Both the position numbers and the translations under genes were made by a program. From NCBI GenBank assembly GCA_963716255.1, contig OY970303.1, forward strand, positions 5,152,001-5,216,000: a stretch of 64,000 nt of DNA. The letters are read 5' to 3'. The stretch's first letter is position 1, and each line of letters opens with the position of its first letter. The DNA comes from an uncultured Gemmatimonadales bacterium (GTDB taxonomy: Bacteria; Gemmatimonadota; Gemmatimonadetes; Longimicrobiales; Longimicrobiaceae). The notes beneath the pieces are model-generated. The model did not search any database. It saw only the letters and a list, made by a program, of their open reading frames with translations, and had not been told where the DNA came from. Positions 1 to 9,000 of this stretch are shown here, piece by piece.

Positions 1-251
1 TCGGCTTCCCCTGGAAGCTGCTCGGTACCGGGCAGGGGGATGGTGCTCAATCTTCCTCGTCGGTACCTGTGGATGCGGATGCCAGGGCGTTTCGAAGGGT
101 CGGCGGAACTGGCGGGGCAGGGCCTCGGTCCCGAGCACGCAGCCTTGCCCGTCAAGGTCATACCGGAGAGGGAAAGTAGCCGGCGGCCGCAGCGAAAGGA
201 ACCCGCGGCGGCGGAGTTACGAACGGCCTGGTCCGGACCAGGATGCCGCGG

Positions 252-602
252 TCACGTGTTCAAGCGGCCGAGGAGCGGCCCGATGGCTTCGGGATCGGTG
301 GCGAGCTGGCGCAGGGTCTCCGGCGGGAAGTCTCGGAGGAGCGCGGGCTCCGCGTCGATCCACCGGCGGACGACGGGAACGGCCGTGTCGCTTCCGAGCC
401 GCGCGATCAGGAGCGCGATCACCCGGTAGATGGCATCGTGCTCGGCGGGCTCGTAGGCGTGCTCGACACGGGCGACCACGTCGCCGGGGACGACGATCGC
501 GTCCACGTCGCCGTCGTCCAGGTCGATCACGACCGGGCGGTCGCTGGGGAGCCCGGCGAGGTAGTCGCTGAACCGCGCAGCAGGAGGGGTCATGGAGTCC
601 AC
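252..602 (-). CDS. hypothetical protein (116 aa)
   Basis: Compact ORF with natural composition directly downstream of the 630..2642 gene on the same strand; no motif recognised. Confidence 0.55.
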   Translation of the reverse strand: MDSMTPPAARFSDYLAGLPSDRPVVIDLDDGDVDAIVVPGDVVARVEHAYEPAEHDAIYRVIALLIARLGSDTAVPVVRRWIDAEPALLRDFPPETLRQLATDPEAIGPLLGRLNT

Positions 603-629
603 CGCATCAGGGAGAACAGGGTAGGTAGC

Positions 630-2642
630 TCAGAGCCCACCTGGGCCCTCCGCAAGGGTTCGGGTGATCTGGATCGCCTGGACCACGGCTCCGAGCGTCT
701 GCTGGACACCCGGGCCGGTGGCGCTCGGACGGCCGTTCCTGAGGGAGTCGCGCAGGCGTCCGACGCTCTCTCCGGCCCCGGGCTTCTGGGCGGCGACCTT
801 GGAAAGGACACCCTCCGCCTGGTCTTCGGGGAGGCGGCCGAGCGTGGACATCGCACGCTCCTTAGCCGCGGCGGGTCCACCGAGCGCGCGGAGCGAGTCC
901 CGGGTAGCATTCAGCTCGGCGCCGGAGCCTGCGATCTCACGGGTCGCGGCCCCCCGGACCCGGTCGGCGCCGCGGTGCGTCGCCCCCGACGGATCGGTCC
1001 ATGCCGTGTCGCGGACCGCTCTCCGGGAGTTGAGATAGCTGGCCCCATAGCTGGCGGCGTCCGGCGCGGCCCTCCTCGCCCCGGCCGTGCTCTGCAGCCC
1101 GGCCCACCCGAGATACGCGCTGGGGGCCGTCTTCAGCGCGCCCAGGCGCTGGGGGCTCTTGCGGAGGGCCCGGAGGGCGGCGGCGTCCCCGTGGCGATCG
1201 GCGATGGCGACGAACCTCTTCTTCGCGGCCGCCGGGTCCTGGTAGACGTCGCGCAGCGCCGACGTGAACTGACGGTCGTTGATGCCCGTCCACCGTTCGG
1301 TCCGCTCCACGTGGTGGAGAGCCGTGCTCGCGTCGTTGAGCCGGGCGTGGAGGCCCTGCTTGTGACTGGACAGGCGCTCGGCCTCCACGAATTCGGAGGC
1401 GGCGCGGTGCGCGGGCTCGTCCACCGGGAGGTCGGCGGCCGGGGCGGGGCGCTGCTGCCGGGTGGCTTCGGTGGCCAGGTACAGTGCCGCGACCTGGTCG
1501 GCATGCGCCAGGGCCAGGACGTCTCCCGAGAGGCTCGCAGGGTTGAGCGGTTCGCCCTCGCGCGGTCTGAAGAAGGCCTCGGGCTCGTCGCGGACCCGCT
1601 GGACGGTCTCGCGCACGCCATGCTCGCGGATCGCGCGCTGGATCTGCAGGAGCGCTTCGCCCGGGTTCGCACACTGGCGGGCGAAGGCTCGCTCGGTCTC
1701 TTGCAGGAGCACGTCCGCGGCGTGCGCCGGATTGCGGATCCCGTTGAGGTCGTAGGCCCGGGCGCCGCGGCGGGCGGCCTGGTCCGCAAGGGCGGCTGCG
1801 TCGTCGCGCGCGGCGAGGTCGCCGAGGGCGGCCGGCTCCCTGCGGACCACCGCGGCGGCGCCGCCGGTACCCTCGCGGGCGACCAGGTCGTGGAAACGGC
1901 GCTCCGCCTCGGCGGGGTCGCGGTACGCAGCGCCGAGCTTCCCGCGGAAGTCCGCCGTGAACGCCTCCAGCTTCATCTCCAGCTGGGCGGGGAGGCGTCC
2001 GGTGGGGCGGCTGGTGAGCTCGCCGGTGGTGCGCGGCAGCCTGTCCAGCCGGTCGCCCAGGGTCGCGTAGTACGTGCGCTCGAACGCGGCGGAGTGCTCG
2101 GCCGCGGTCGCGGCGTCCCTCCCGCGGGCGGCGATGGCGGAGATGTACGTCTCGATCCCGGGACGGGGCGAGCCGAAGGCATCGGGACGGACCGCGAGCC
2201 GCCGGGCCGCCTCCTCGGGGCCGGCCGTCGCGACCGCGCGCGCCCATGCAGGGTGGAACCGCTCCGGGTTGGCGAACCAGCTCTTCACCGCGGTCTGAAA
2301 GCGCTCGTTGAGCAGCTTCGCCGCCAGGAGGGGGTTGCCGCGGGACGCCTGCATCTCGTGCGCGAGGCCGCCGATGTAGCCGGCCTCGCGAGCGAGGGGG
2401 CGGAGCGTCTCGGGAGTATGGCCCGACCGGAGGGAGCCGAAGCGGGCAGGATCGGAGCCCATCTCCCGTCCGGCGGCCCGGGGGCCCAGCTCGGTGACGC
2501 GGTCGCGGAGGGCGGTGCGGGCCTGGTCCGGGTCGGCGTAGATGCGGTCCAGCAGGCGGACGAAACGCCGGGTCTCCTGACGTACGGCCCGGTCGAGGAG
2601 CGCGTCCAGGGTGGTGTCCTGAGACGTCGAGGGCTCTACCAT
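630..2642 (-). CDS. tandem BID-like repeat protein (putative T4SS-translocated or relaxase-associated)
   Basis: Five repeats of (Y/F)x(D/N)PxxA...G...A......PxxFGxL: IYADPDQA, WFANPERF, AYRDPAEA, QCANPGEA, VYQDPAAA. Start placed at ATG 2642 (MVEPST). Confidence 0.6.
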   Translation of the reverse strand: MVEPSTSQDTTLDALLDRAVRQETRRFVRLLDRIYADPDQARTALRDRVTELGPRAAGREMGSDPARFGSLRSGHTPETLRPLAREAGYIGGLAHEMQASRGNPLLAAKLLNERFQTAVKSWFANPERFHPAWARAVATAGPEEAARRLAVRPDAFGSPRPGIETYISAIAARGRDAATAAEHSAAFERTYYATLGDRLDRLPRTTGELTSRPTGRLPAQLEMKLEAFTADFRGKLGAAYRDPAEAERRFHDLVAREGTGGAAAVVRREPAALGDLAARDDAAALADQAARRGARAYDLNGIRNPAHAADVLLQETERAFARQCANPGEALLQIQRAIREHGVRETVQRVRDEPEAFFRPREGEPLNPASLSGDVLALAHADQVAALYLATEATRQQRPAPAADLPVDEPAHRAASEFVEAERLSSHKQGLHARLNDASTALHHVERTERWTGINDRQFTSALRDVYQDPAAAKKRFVAIADRHGDAAALRALRKSPQRLGALKTAPSAYLGWAGLQSTAGARRAAPDAASYGASYLNSRRAVRDTAWTDPSGATHRGADRVRGAATREIAGSGAELNATRDSLRALGGPAAAKERAMSTLGRLPEDQAEGVLSKVAAQKPGAGESVGRLRDSLRNGRPSATGPGVQQTLGAVVQAIQITRTLAEGPGGL

Positions 2643-2758
2643 GAACGCCCTGAAAGGGTGGGGTGGCCTCCGGTGGCGGCGCGATCCGGGAGACCGCGCC
2701 GCCTGCCGCGTTTTCGGCGGCATACCGGGGGAGATACCCCGTCAGGACGGATTCCGGA

Positions 2759-3415
2759 CTACGCCTCGGCCTCACCCTCCCCGCCGGCGATCATCCTGGC
2801 GATCATGCGAAGCACCTCCGCCTCGGAGTCGCCCTCGAGGCGTGCGACCATGGCCCGGACCATCTGGTCCTCGTTCCGGCAGACGCGGAGGATCCGGTCC
2901 ATGCCGGCGCGCTCCAGGGCGGTCAGCGCCGCGCGGACGAACAGGCTGTCGTTCGTGTCGCCGGGGCGTGCGCCGCGGGCCTCCATCTCCAGCTTGAGCT
3001 CGCGCAGGAAGCGCACGTTGTGGAACCAGACGTAGACCGGGAGGCGCCGTTCGGGCTTCTCGCCGGGTGCAGGGGCATCTCTACGGGGGCGGCCGCGGGT
3101 GATCCTCGGGACCGTGTCGTCGCCGGTGCGGGCGACGCGCCTGCGGCCACCCGGAGCGGGAGCGGGAGGGCCGACGTCCTCGATCACCGCAGGAAGGCCG
3201 GTCCGCCCCTCGGCGGCGTCCGCGGCTACGGCGGTCACCGGACGCTCCCCTGCGTCTTCGGCTACGGGGGGCGGCGCTGCCGCGGCCGGGGGGCCCGCCG
3301 GCGCAGCGGGGGTTCCTCCCGCGGCCGCCCCGCCGAATTGCGGGAGGGGAGCCAGCAGGGTCTTGCGCGGGCGCTGTGCCCCGGTGGGAGCGTCCCCGCC
3401 AGTGGGAGTGTTCAT
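2759..3415 (-). CDS. ParA partner, putative DNA-binding protein (disordered N-terminus, helical C-terminus)
   Basis: ATGA overlap with the parA stop; Pro/Ala-rich N-terminal half and a folded C-terminal ~85 aa. Confidence 0.55.
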   Translation of the reverse strand: MNTPTGGDAPTGAQRPRKTLLAPLPQFGGAAAGGTPAAPAGPPAAAAPPPVAEDAGERPVTAVAADAAEGRTGLPAVIEDVGPPAPAPGGRRRVARTGDDTVPRITRGRPRRDAPAPGEKPERRLPVYVWFHNVRFLRELKLEMEARGARPGDTNDSLFVRAALTALERAGMDRILRVCRNEDQMVRAMVARLEGDSEAEVLRMIARMIAGGEGEAEA

Positions 3416-4296
3416 GCGGTCACCGCGAGCTGAGCAGCGGCGGCATCAGCCGCACCGGCCTGCAGGGTGGACTTGAGTGACGCGGGGAGGAGGCCACGCT
3501 TGATCGCGCGGACCAGGATCTCCTCGCCGAGCGCGACGAACCCCTGCGCTGCCCGGGAGGGCCGGCCGACCTCGGCGGCGTAGTCCACCACGGAAATGCC
3601 CCGGGCCTGCGCCTCCTCCACGTGGGTGTTGGTCCGGATCACCGTGTTGAAGATGGCCGTCCCGTAGAAGTCGCGGATCTCGGCCTCCAGCCGCACCTGG
3701 CGGCCGAGGCGGTAGTCCGCCTTCTGTACCGCGATCCCGAGCATCTGGCAGGTGAAGTTGTGCTCCTCCCACTCCTCCTGGAGCTCCTCGAACATGGTCT
3801 GCACGCCCTCGACGCCCAGGAAGTCGAGGCTGAGCGGGACCACGTAGGCGTCGGCCGCAGCCATCGACATCTCGAACGGGAGGCCCAGGGAGGGGGCGCA
3901 GTCCACGACGATGATGTCGAAGTCCTCGCGGACGCCGTCCAGCGCCTGCTTCAGCCGCTGGCTCGCGCCGGGATCGTGGTGCATGCGCTTCAGGATCTGC
4001 TTCATGGCCCGGCCGCACGTGATGATCGACAGGTCCGGCGCCAGGTACGTGTCGCGGATCACGTCCTCCACGGCGATCGTCCCCTCGAACACCGGAGCCA
4101 GGGAGGGCTCGATCTCGTCGCGCGCGATCCCGAAGGTGCGCGCGAGGCAGCCCTGGGGATCCAGGCCCACGACCAGCGTCTTCAGGTTGCGGTCGGCGAT
4201 GCCGAGGTGTCCCGCGCGGGCGAACACGGCGGCCAGGTTGGAGGCGGCGGTGGTTTTCCCCTCGCCTCCCTTGGCGGTGTGGAGGGTCAGAATCAT
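3412..4296 (-). CDS. parA: ParA/Soj family partitioning ATPase
   Basis: Deviant Walker A KGGEGKTT, LDPQG and DIIVVDCAPSLG motifs; start at ATG 4296 (MILTLH). Confidence 0.93.
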   Translation of the reverse strand: MILTLHTAKGGEGKTTAASNLAAVFARAGHLGIADRNLKTLVVGLDPQGCLARTFGIARDEIEPSLAPVFEGTIAVEDVIRDTYLAPDLSIITCGRAMKQILKRMHHDPGASQRLKQALDGVREDFDIIVVDCAPSLGLPFEMSMAAADAYVVPLSLDFLGVEGVQTMFEELQEEWEEHNFTCQMLGIAVQKADYRLGRQVRLEAEIRDFYGTAIFNTVIRTNTHVEEAQARGISVVDYAAEVGRPSRAAQGFVALGEEILVRAIKRGLLPASLKSTLQAGAADAAAAQLAVTA

Positions 4297-4350
4297 AGGT
4301 TGCAGTGGCGTGGATTGTACGGCTTCGAGCGGGTGGGGGTTGGCGTGCAA

Positions 4351-4366
4351 AATATGGTACCATATT
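4351..4366. promoter_or_regulatory. perfect 16-bp palindrome upstream of parA (candidate operator or centromere-like site)
   Basis: AATATGGTACCATATT is its own reverse complement; AT-rich in a GC-rich context; 55-70 bp upstream of the parA ATG. Confidence 0.55.
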
Positions 4367-4452
4367 ACTTCAGGCACAAGAGCCCCTTGACCCGTAGCGC
4401 TGTTGCGCCGGAGACCTGATGCACCACGTGGGCGGTGTCGCCGGTCCCGGTG

Positions 4453-5259
4453 TCAGGAGCCGGCGTAGCGGCGGTACTTGGCGAGGCGGACCAGGAACGC
4501 CCGCGACGCCGCGGCGAAGGCTCCCTGCTCCCGGAGCGCAGTGGGGCCTGCGCCGGCGAAGGCGTGCATCGCCTTCCAGAAGTTGGTGCCGGTCGAGTAT
4601 CCGAACGCATGCGCGACTCCGACGGCGGTACGGCCGGGGTCGTCCAGCAGCTCGGCGGCGAGGAGGAGCCGCATCCAGGTCAGGAGCTTCCGAGCCGGGG
4701 GGAGACCGCCGGCTTCGCACCAGCGGCGAAGGGTTCGCTCGGAGATGCTGAGGCGCGCGGCCAAGTCCTGCATGGCCCCGCCGGTGGCGACGACGTCCGC
4801 GGCGGTGTCGATGATCGTCCGGGCCCGCGCCGGGAGATCATGGGGAAGGAGGGAGTCGAGGAGGACCTTCAGGGGGAGCCCGTGGGCGCCGCGGAGGCGC
4901 TCGCGGAAGGCGTTCGGGGTGTCGTCGTGGCGGAGAGTGATGATCTCGGTCACGCCCCAGTCGCTGAGGGTGGACAGGTCTTCGGCCGCGCCCAGGTCGA
5001 GTCTGACGGTGGCCACGATGGGCGTGGAGGGGAAGTCCACCAGCAGGTGCAGCAGGTCGGGCGCGAGCTGCGCGCCTGAACCGAAGTAGGGATCCACCAC
5101 CACCAGGGTCGAAGGAGGCGCTTCGCGCAGGGCGGTGCGCAGGGCGGTCCAGTCGGCGACTTCCTGCACGATGTACCCGCCGCGGGTGGCCGCCCGCACG
5201 CGCGCGCGAACCTCCGGGTCCGCGTGCAGGGTGAGCACCGGGCGGGTGGCCTCGCTCAT
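4453..5259 (-). CDS. AraC-family transcriptional regulator with receiver-like N-terminus
   Basis: C-terminal double HTH: LAARLSISERTLRRWC...RLLLAAELLDDPGRTAVGVAHAFGYS; start ATG 5259. Confidence 0.85.
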   Translation of the reverse strand: MSEATRPVLTLHADPEVRARVRAATRGGYIVQEVADWTALRTALREAPPSTLVVVDPYFGSGAQLAPDLLHLLVDFPSTPIVATVRLDLGAAEDLSTLSDWGVTEIITLRHDDTPNAFRERLRGAHGLPLKVLLDSLLPHDLPARARTIIDTAADVVATGGAMQDLAARLSISERTLRRWCEAGGLPPARKLLTWMRLLLAAELLDDPGRTAVGVAHAFGYSTGTNFWKAMHAFAGAGPTALREQGAFAAASRAFLVRLAKYRRYAGS

Positions 5260-5592
5260 CAGCGAGGCCCGGGTGGGTGTGCGTGAGGGGGGTGCGCTCG
5301 GCGCAGCCGGGCGGGTCGGCCTGGACCGCGTGGCGGCATGCGAGAGGCGCGGAGGCGGCACACCCTCCCGCTGCGGTTCACGCTCGTATGCATGTGGGCT
5401 GCGTCTACCTGGGGGCTACGACGGCGCGCAGTTCCCTCAGGGGGTGCAGCTCCAGCATGGCCGCGCGGCCTCGGGCGCCGAGCAGTTGGGCGCCCGCCGT
5501 GGGCTCCGCCAGGGAAGGAGCGGGGTGCTCAGGCGACACCAGGTCCGGCGCGGCTCGGGTCATGGCGGCGGCGGTGTGGATTCGAGCGCGGC

Positions 5593-6000
5593 TCAGACGG
5601 TGAGAGCCGCACGGGGAGCCGCAGGACGCCGGCTGACAGATCCGTGCCCCCGGGGCCGGTTGTCCCGAAGAGAACGCGTGGGATAGAACTCGCCTTCCTC
5701 GAGGAGCACGTATTCGCTCGTGCTCAGGCCGCAGATCATCTTCAGGGCCTCGTACCGCGTCCGACCGCGGTTCACAGGCGACAGGACTCGTACGATCATC
5801 CCGGTGCCCGCGCCGTGCATGCGCGACGCGTGCCAGGCTATGCAGTCGCCCTTGCCGTATTCCTCTGCGGAGCCGGTGGCGGGGTGGGTGGTCACGTGGC
5901 GGGTGCGGGTGGGAGGGGAAGGCGCGGGTGGCGGGCCCTGCCCGCGGCTGGTGGTGAATACCCCACGGTCGAGCGTGACGGTTTCCGGAGGGCCGGGCAC
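5593..6000 (-). CDS. hypothetical protein
   Basis: ORF directly downstream of the helicase gene on the same strand; no motif recognised. Confidence 0.4.
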   Translation of the reverse strand: MPGPPETVTLDRGVFTTSRGQGPPPAPSPPTRTRHVTTHPATGSAEEYGKGDCIAWHASRMHGAGTGMIVRVLSPVNRGRTRYEALKMICGLSTSEYVLLEEGEFYPTRSLRDNRPRGHGSVSRRPAAPRAALTV

Positions 6001-6010
6001 CGCCGGGCGG

Positions 6011-9000
6011 TCAAGCGGCGTCCTCCATGGACTCGCCGGTACCCGGAGCCCGCGGAGGGAACAGCTTCAGGAACGCCAGGATGGGCTCCCGCTCCGGGCG
6101 GATGAACAGGTACCGGGTGGTGGGCTCGTAGCCGACGGTCTTCCCCAGGGGGCCCAGAGCTGGCTTGTGCTTGCTCGCCGACGCGCCGCGGATCTCGACC
6201 AGGCCGTTCCGGCGCGGGTGCAGCACCCAGCTCGCGCCCGGCGGTCCCTTCACCGACACGTTCGCGCCGGTGCGGAGTGCTTCCCAGGCATCCTCCGGCG
6301 ACAGCGGCTCGGAGCCGTGCTCGCTGAAGAAGTCGCGGACGATCAGCGCCTCCCAGCGGGTCAGCTCCAGCCCGGAGATCATGCCGCTGCCGTCGGACAG
6401 GGTGAACTGCACGTACCGGCGGGTCTTCGGCTGCTCGGTGGCCGTGTCCACGCCGCGGAGCCGCTGGATGTCCCCGATGTACTCCGTGACGTACCCCTGG
6501 ACGATCGCGGCGCGCTCGCCGGCCTCGTTCAGGATCTCGTAGAGCGTGAGGACCGGGTGGGCGCGCAGCTGCGTGGTGCGCAGGACCTCGCCGCGGCTCC
6601 GTCCCGTGCGGCGGGCGGACAGCATCTCGGCCACCTCCCCGGTCATGAGCCTCTCGCGCTCCCGCTCCCAGGCACCCATCACCTCGTGCCCCGCGAGGAT
6701 CGGGAACATCAGCAGCTCCAGGAGGAAGACCCGCATGTCCGCGTCGTGGGGGCGGCGAACCGGGACGAGCATCCCGCCGCCGTCGCCGGACTGCATGTGC
6801 TCCAGGAACTTGCGCCCGGTGAAGTAGCGGCGGAGGTCGTCCGGCAGGTGCTCGACCGCGTTCTTCATGGCGGCGACCGGGATGTCGCCGGAGATCTCGA
6901 AGGCATCGAGCGCGTCGGTGCCGGTGGACTCCGCGCTCCCCTTGCAGGTGGCGCCCAGCGACGCCATGCGGCCGGCGATGGTCGCGCTGAACTTGCGCTC
7001 GCCGGCGGAGTTGCTCGCCACGAGGGCGATCTCGGGCGGGGACAGCTGGCCCGTGCGGTCCACCCGTCCGAGCTCCTGGAGGAAGAGGGTCGCGCTCCAT
7101 TCGTAGTCGGCGACCACCATCAGGCGCCTGCGGCCGTTGGTGTCGTGCAGGGAGATGCCGACCTTGGACGCCTGCGAGATGATCGCGATGTCGCGGATGC
7201 CCGCCTGGAACTCCGCCTTGAGGGCGCTGCGATGCTTCGCGGGAGTGCGGCCGGTGATCGCCGCGACGCGCCGGGCCCCGAAGTGGTCCTCCAGGCGGCG
7301 CACCGGGTCCTGGAGGGGCGGCAGGGCGGCCAGGCGCTCGAAGAACTCGTCCCGCGCGAGCAGGGCCTCGGGGATCTCTCCCAGGTCCACGTACTCGACG
7401 TCGTCCCCCTCGCCGCCCTTCTCGACGTGGCGCGTGTTGAGGCGGTTGATCGCCGCTTCCAGGCGAGTGTTGAGCTGCCGTACCGTGTCCGCCGCGGAGA
7501 CCCCCTCCTCGAGGGGAGCGTCGCCGGCCACGTTGTGGAGGGAGATCACCACCTGGCGGCCCTGCCGCAGCCCCTCCTCGGCGAGGCGGATCACCGTGTC
7601 GAGCCGCAGCTCGAACAGGAGCTGCTTGAGGTAGGACTGGATCAGGCTGCGGTCGAGCCCGGCCGTCTTGTCCCGCTTGTTCATGCGGGCGAAGTGCCGG
7701 ATCGCCAGCGAGACGTCGCGGCACAGCTCGGCGGCGGTGTCGTACCGGTCCCGCGCGGCCCGGGCGGCGGGGCTGTCGCCGAGGAGGTCCACCTCCTCGA
7801 CCGAGAACTCGACGCCCGCGCGGAAGAGGTCGCGCGCCAGGTAGTGGCCGCTCCCCCGCAGCTCCCTCATGATCTGCTCGGTCTCCGCGGGCGTGATGCG
7901 GAGGGAGAACGCATCGTTCCTGGCCGATCCCCAGCCGTCCTTGTCCGCGTCCTTCTCCGGGTCGCCGCTGGCCTCGCCGATCGCGACGTTCGCGGCTCGC
8001 TCGGCAGCCTGGACGTCCGCGACGGCCTGCTCCTCCTTCCCCTCCTTCGCGGAGGCCCGGCCCATCTTGCGGTCGATCCACGTCCGGAACCCGCCGATCG
8101 GCCAGAGCCGGAGTCCGTAGAGGTAGGCCAGGTTCTCGACCGTGACGCCCGCCGTGGCGGTGAAGTAGACGCAGTCGGCGTCGGCCCGGAGCAGCGCGCG
8201 GTGGAGGTCGGTCCACGCGAGCCCCCGATGGGAGTCGCCGATGTTGGAGAACTCGTGCGCCTCGTCCGCGACGAGGCAGTCCGGCTCGACGTCGACCAGC
8301 GCGGCGCCGTAGGCGGCGAGGTTGTACGCGTGGGTGATGTAGAGGCAGGGGCCGTCGGGCTGCGGGAGCGGTCGCAGGCCCTTCTTCACCTCGTGGTAGT
8401 CCCCCACGCAGATGATCTCCGCGGGAAAGGGCCCGTGCTCCGAGCCGGAGGCGACGCGCCGGAACTCGGCGATCGCGTCCCTGACGTTGGTCTCGTTCTT
8501 GGTGGTGTAGACGATCCTGCGGCGCCCCCGGTGGATGGCCTCCAGGATCAGCGCCGCGGCCTCGCGCGCCTTGCCGAGGCCCACCGCGTCGGAGATCAGC
8601 ATCCCGTGGCCGCGGTCCCAGGCGGAGAGGCAGCGCAGCGCGGCGTCGGCCTGCTCGTCGGAGAACCCGCCGAGGTCGCCGTCCCGGCCCCAGGCGGCGT
8701 CCACCCGGGGGGCGCGGAAGGTCGCGGTGATCGGGGGGGCGGGCATCCCCGCCATGCTGCGCGTCTCGACCACCAGGCGCGGGTGGGAGCCCCGCCACCT
8801 CCGGAATCCGATCCGGTACGGCGTGAAGACCGGGCTCTCCCCGGCCGCCGCGATCTCCTCGCGCCGGCTCTCCGGCTCGCCCTCGCGCCACGCGACGGGG
8901 AGCAGCTCCCGCGTCTCGAACGGCTCGATCTCGACAGGAGGGATCGTGTCCGGGACCACGATCGGCTCCCGCACCGAATCGAGGAGGTCCAGGGGCGGCG

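Noticed and set aside
5405..5563. 52-aa minus-strand ORF upstream of the AraC gene as a RiPP precursor
   Set aside because: No recognisable leader or core motif and no maturation enzymes nearby.
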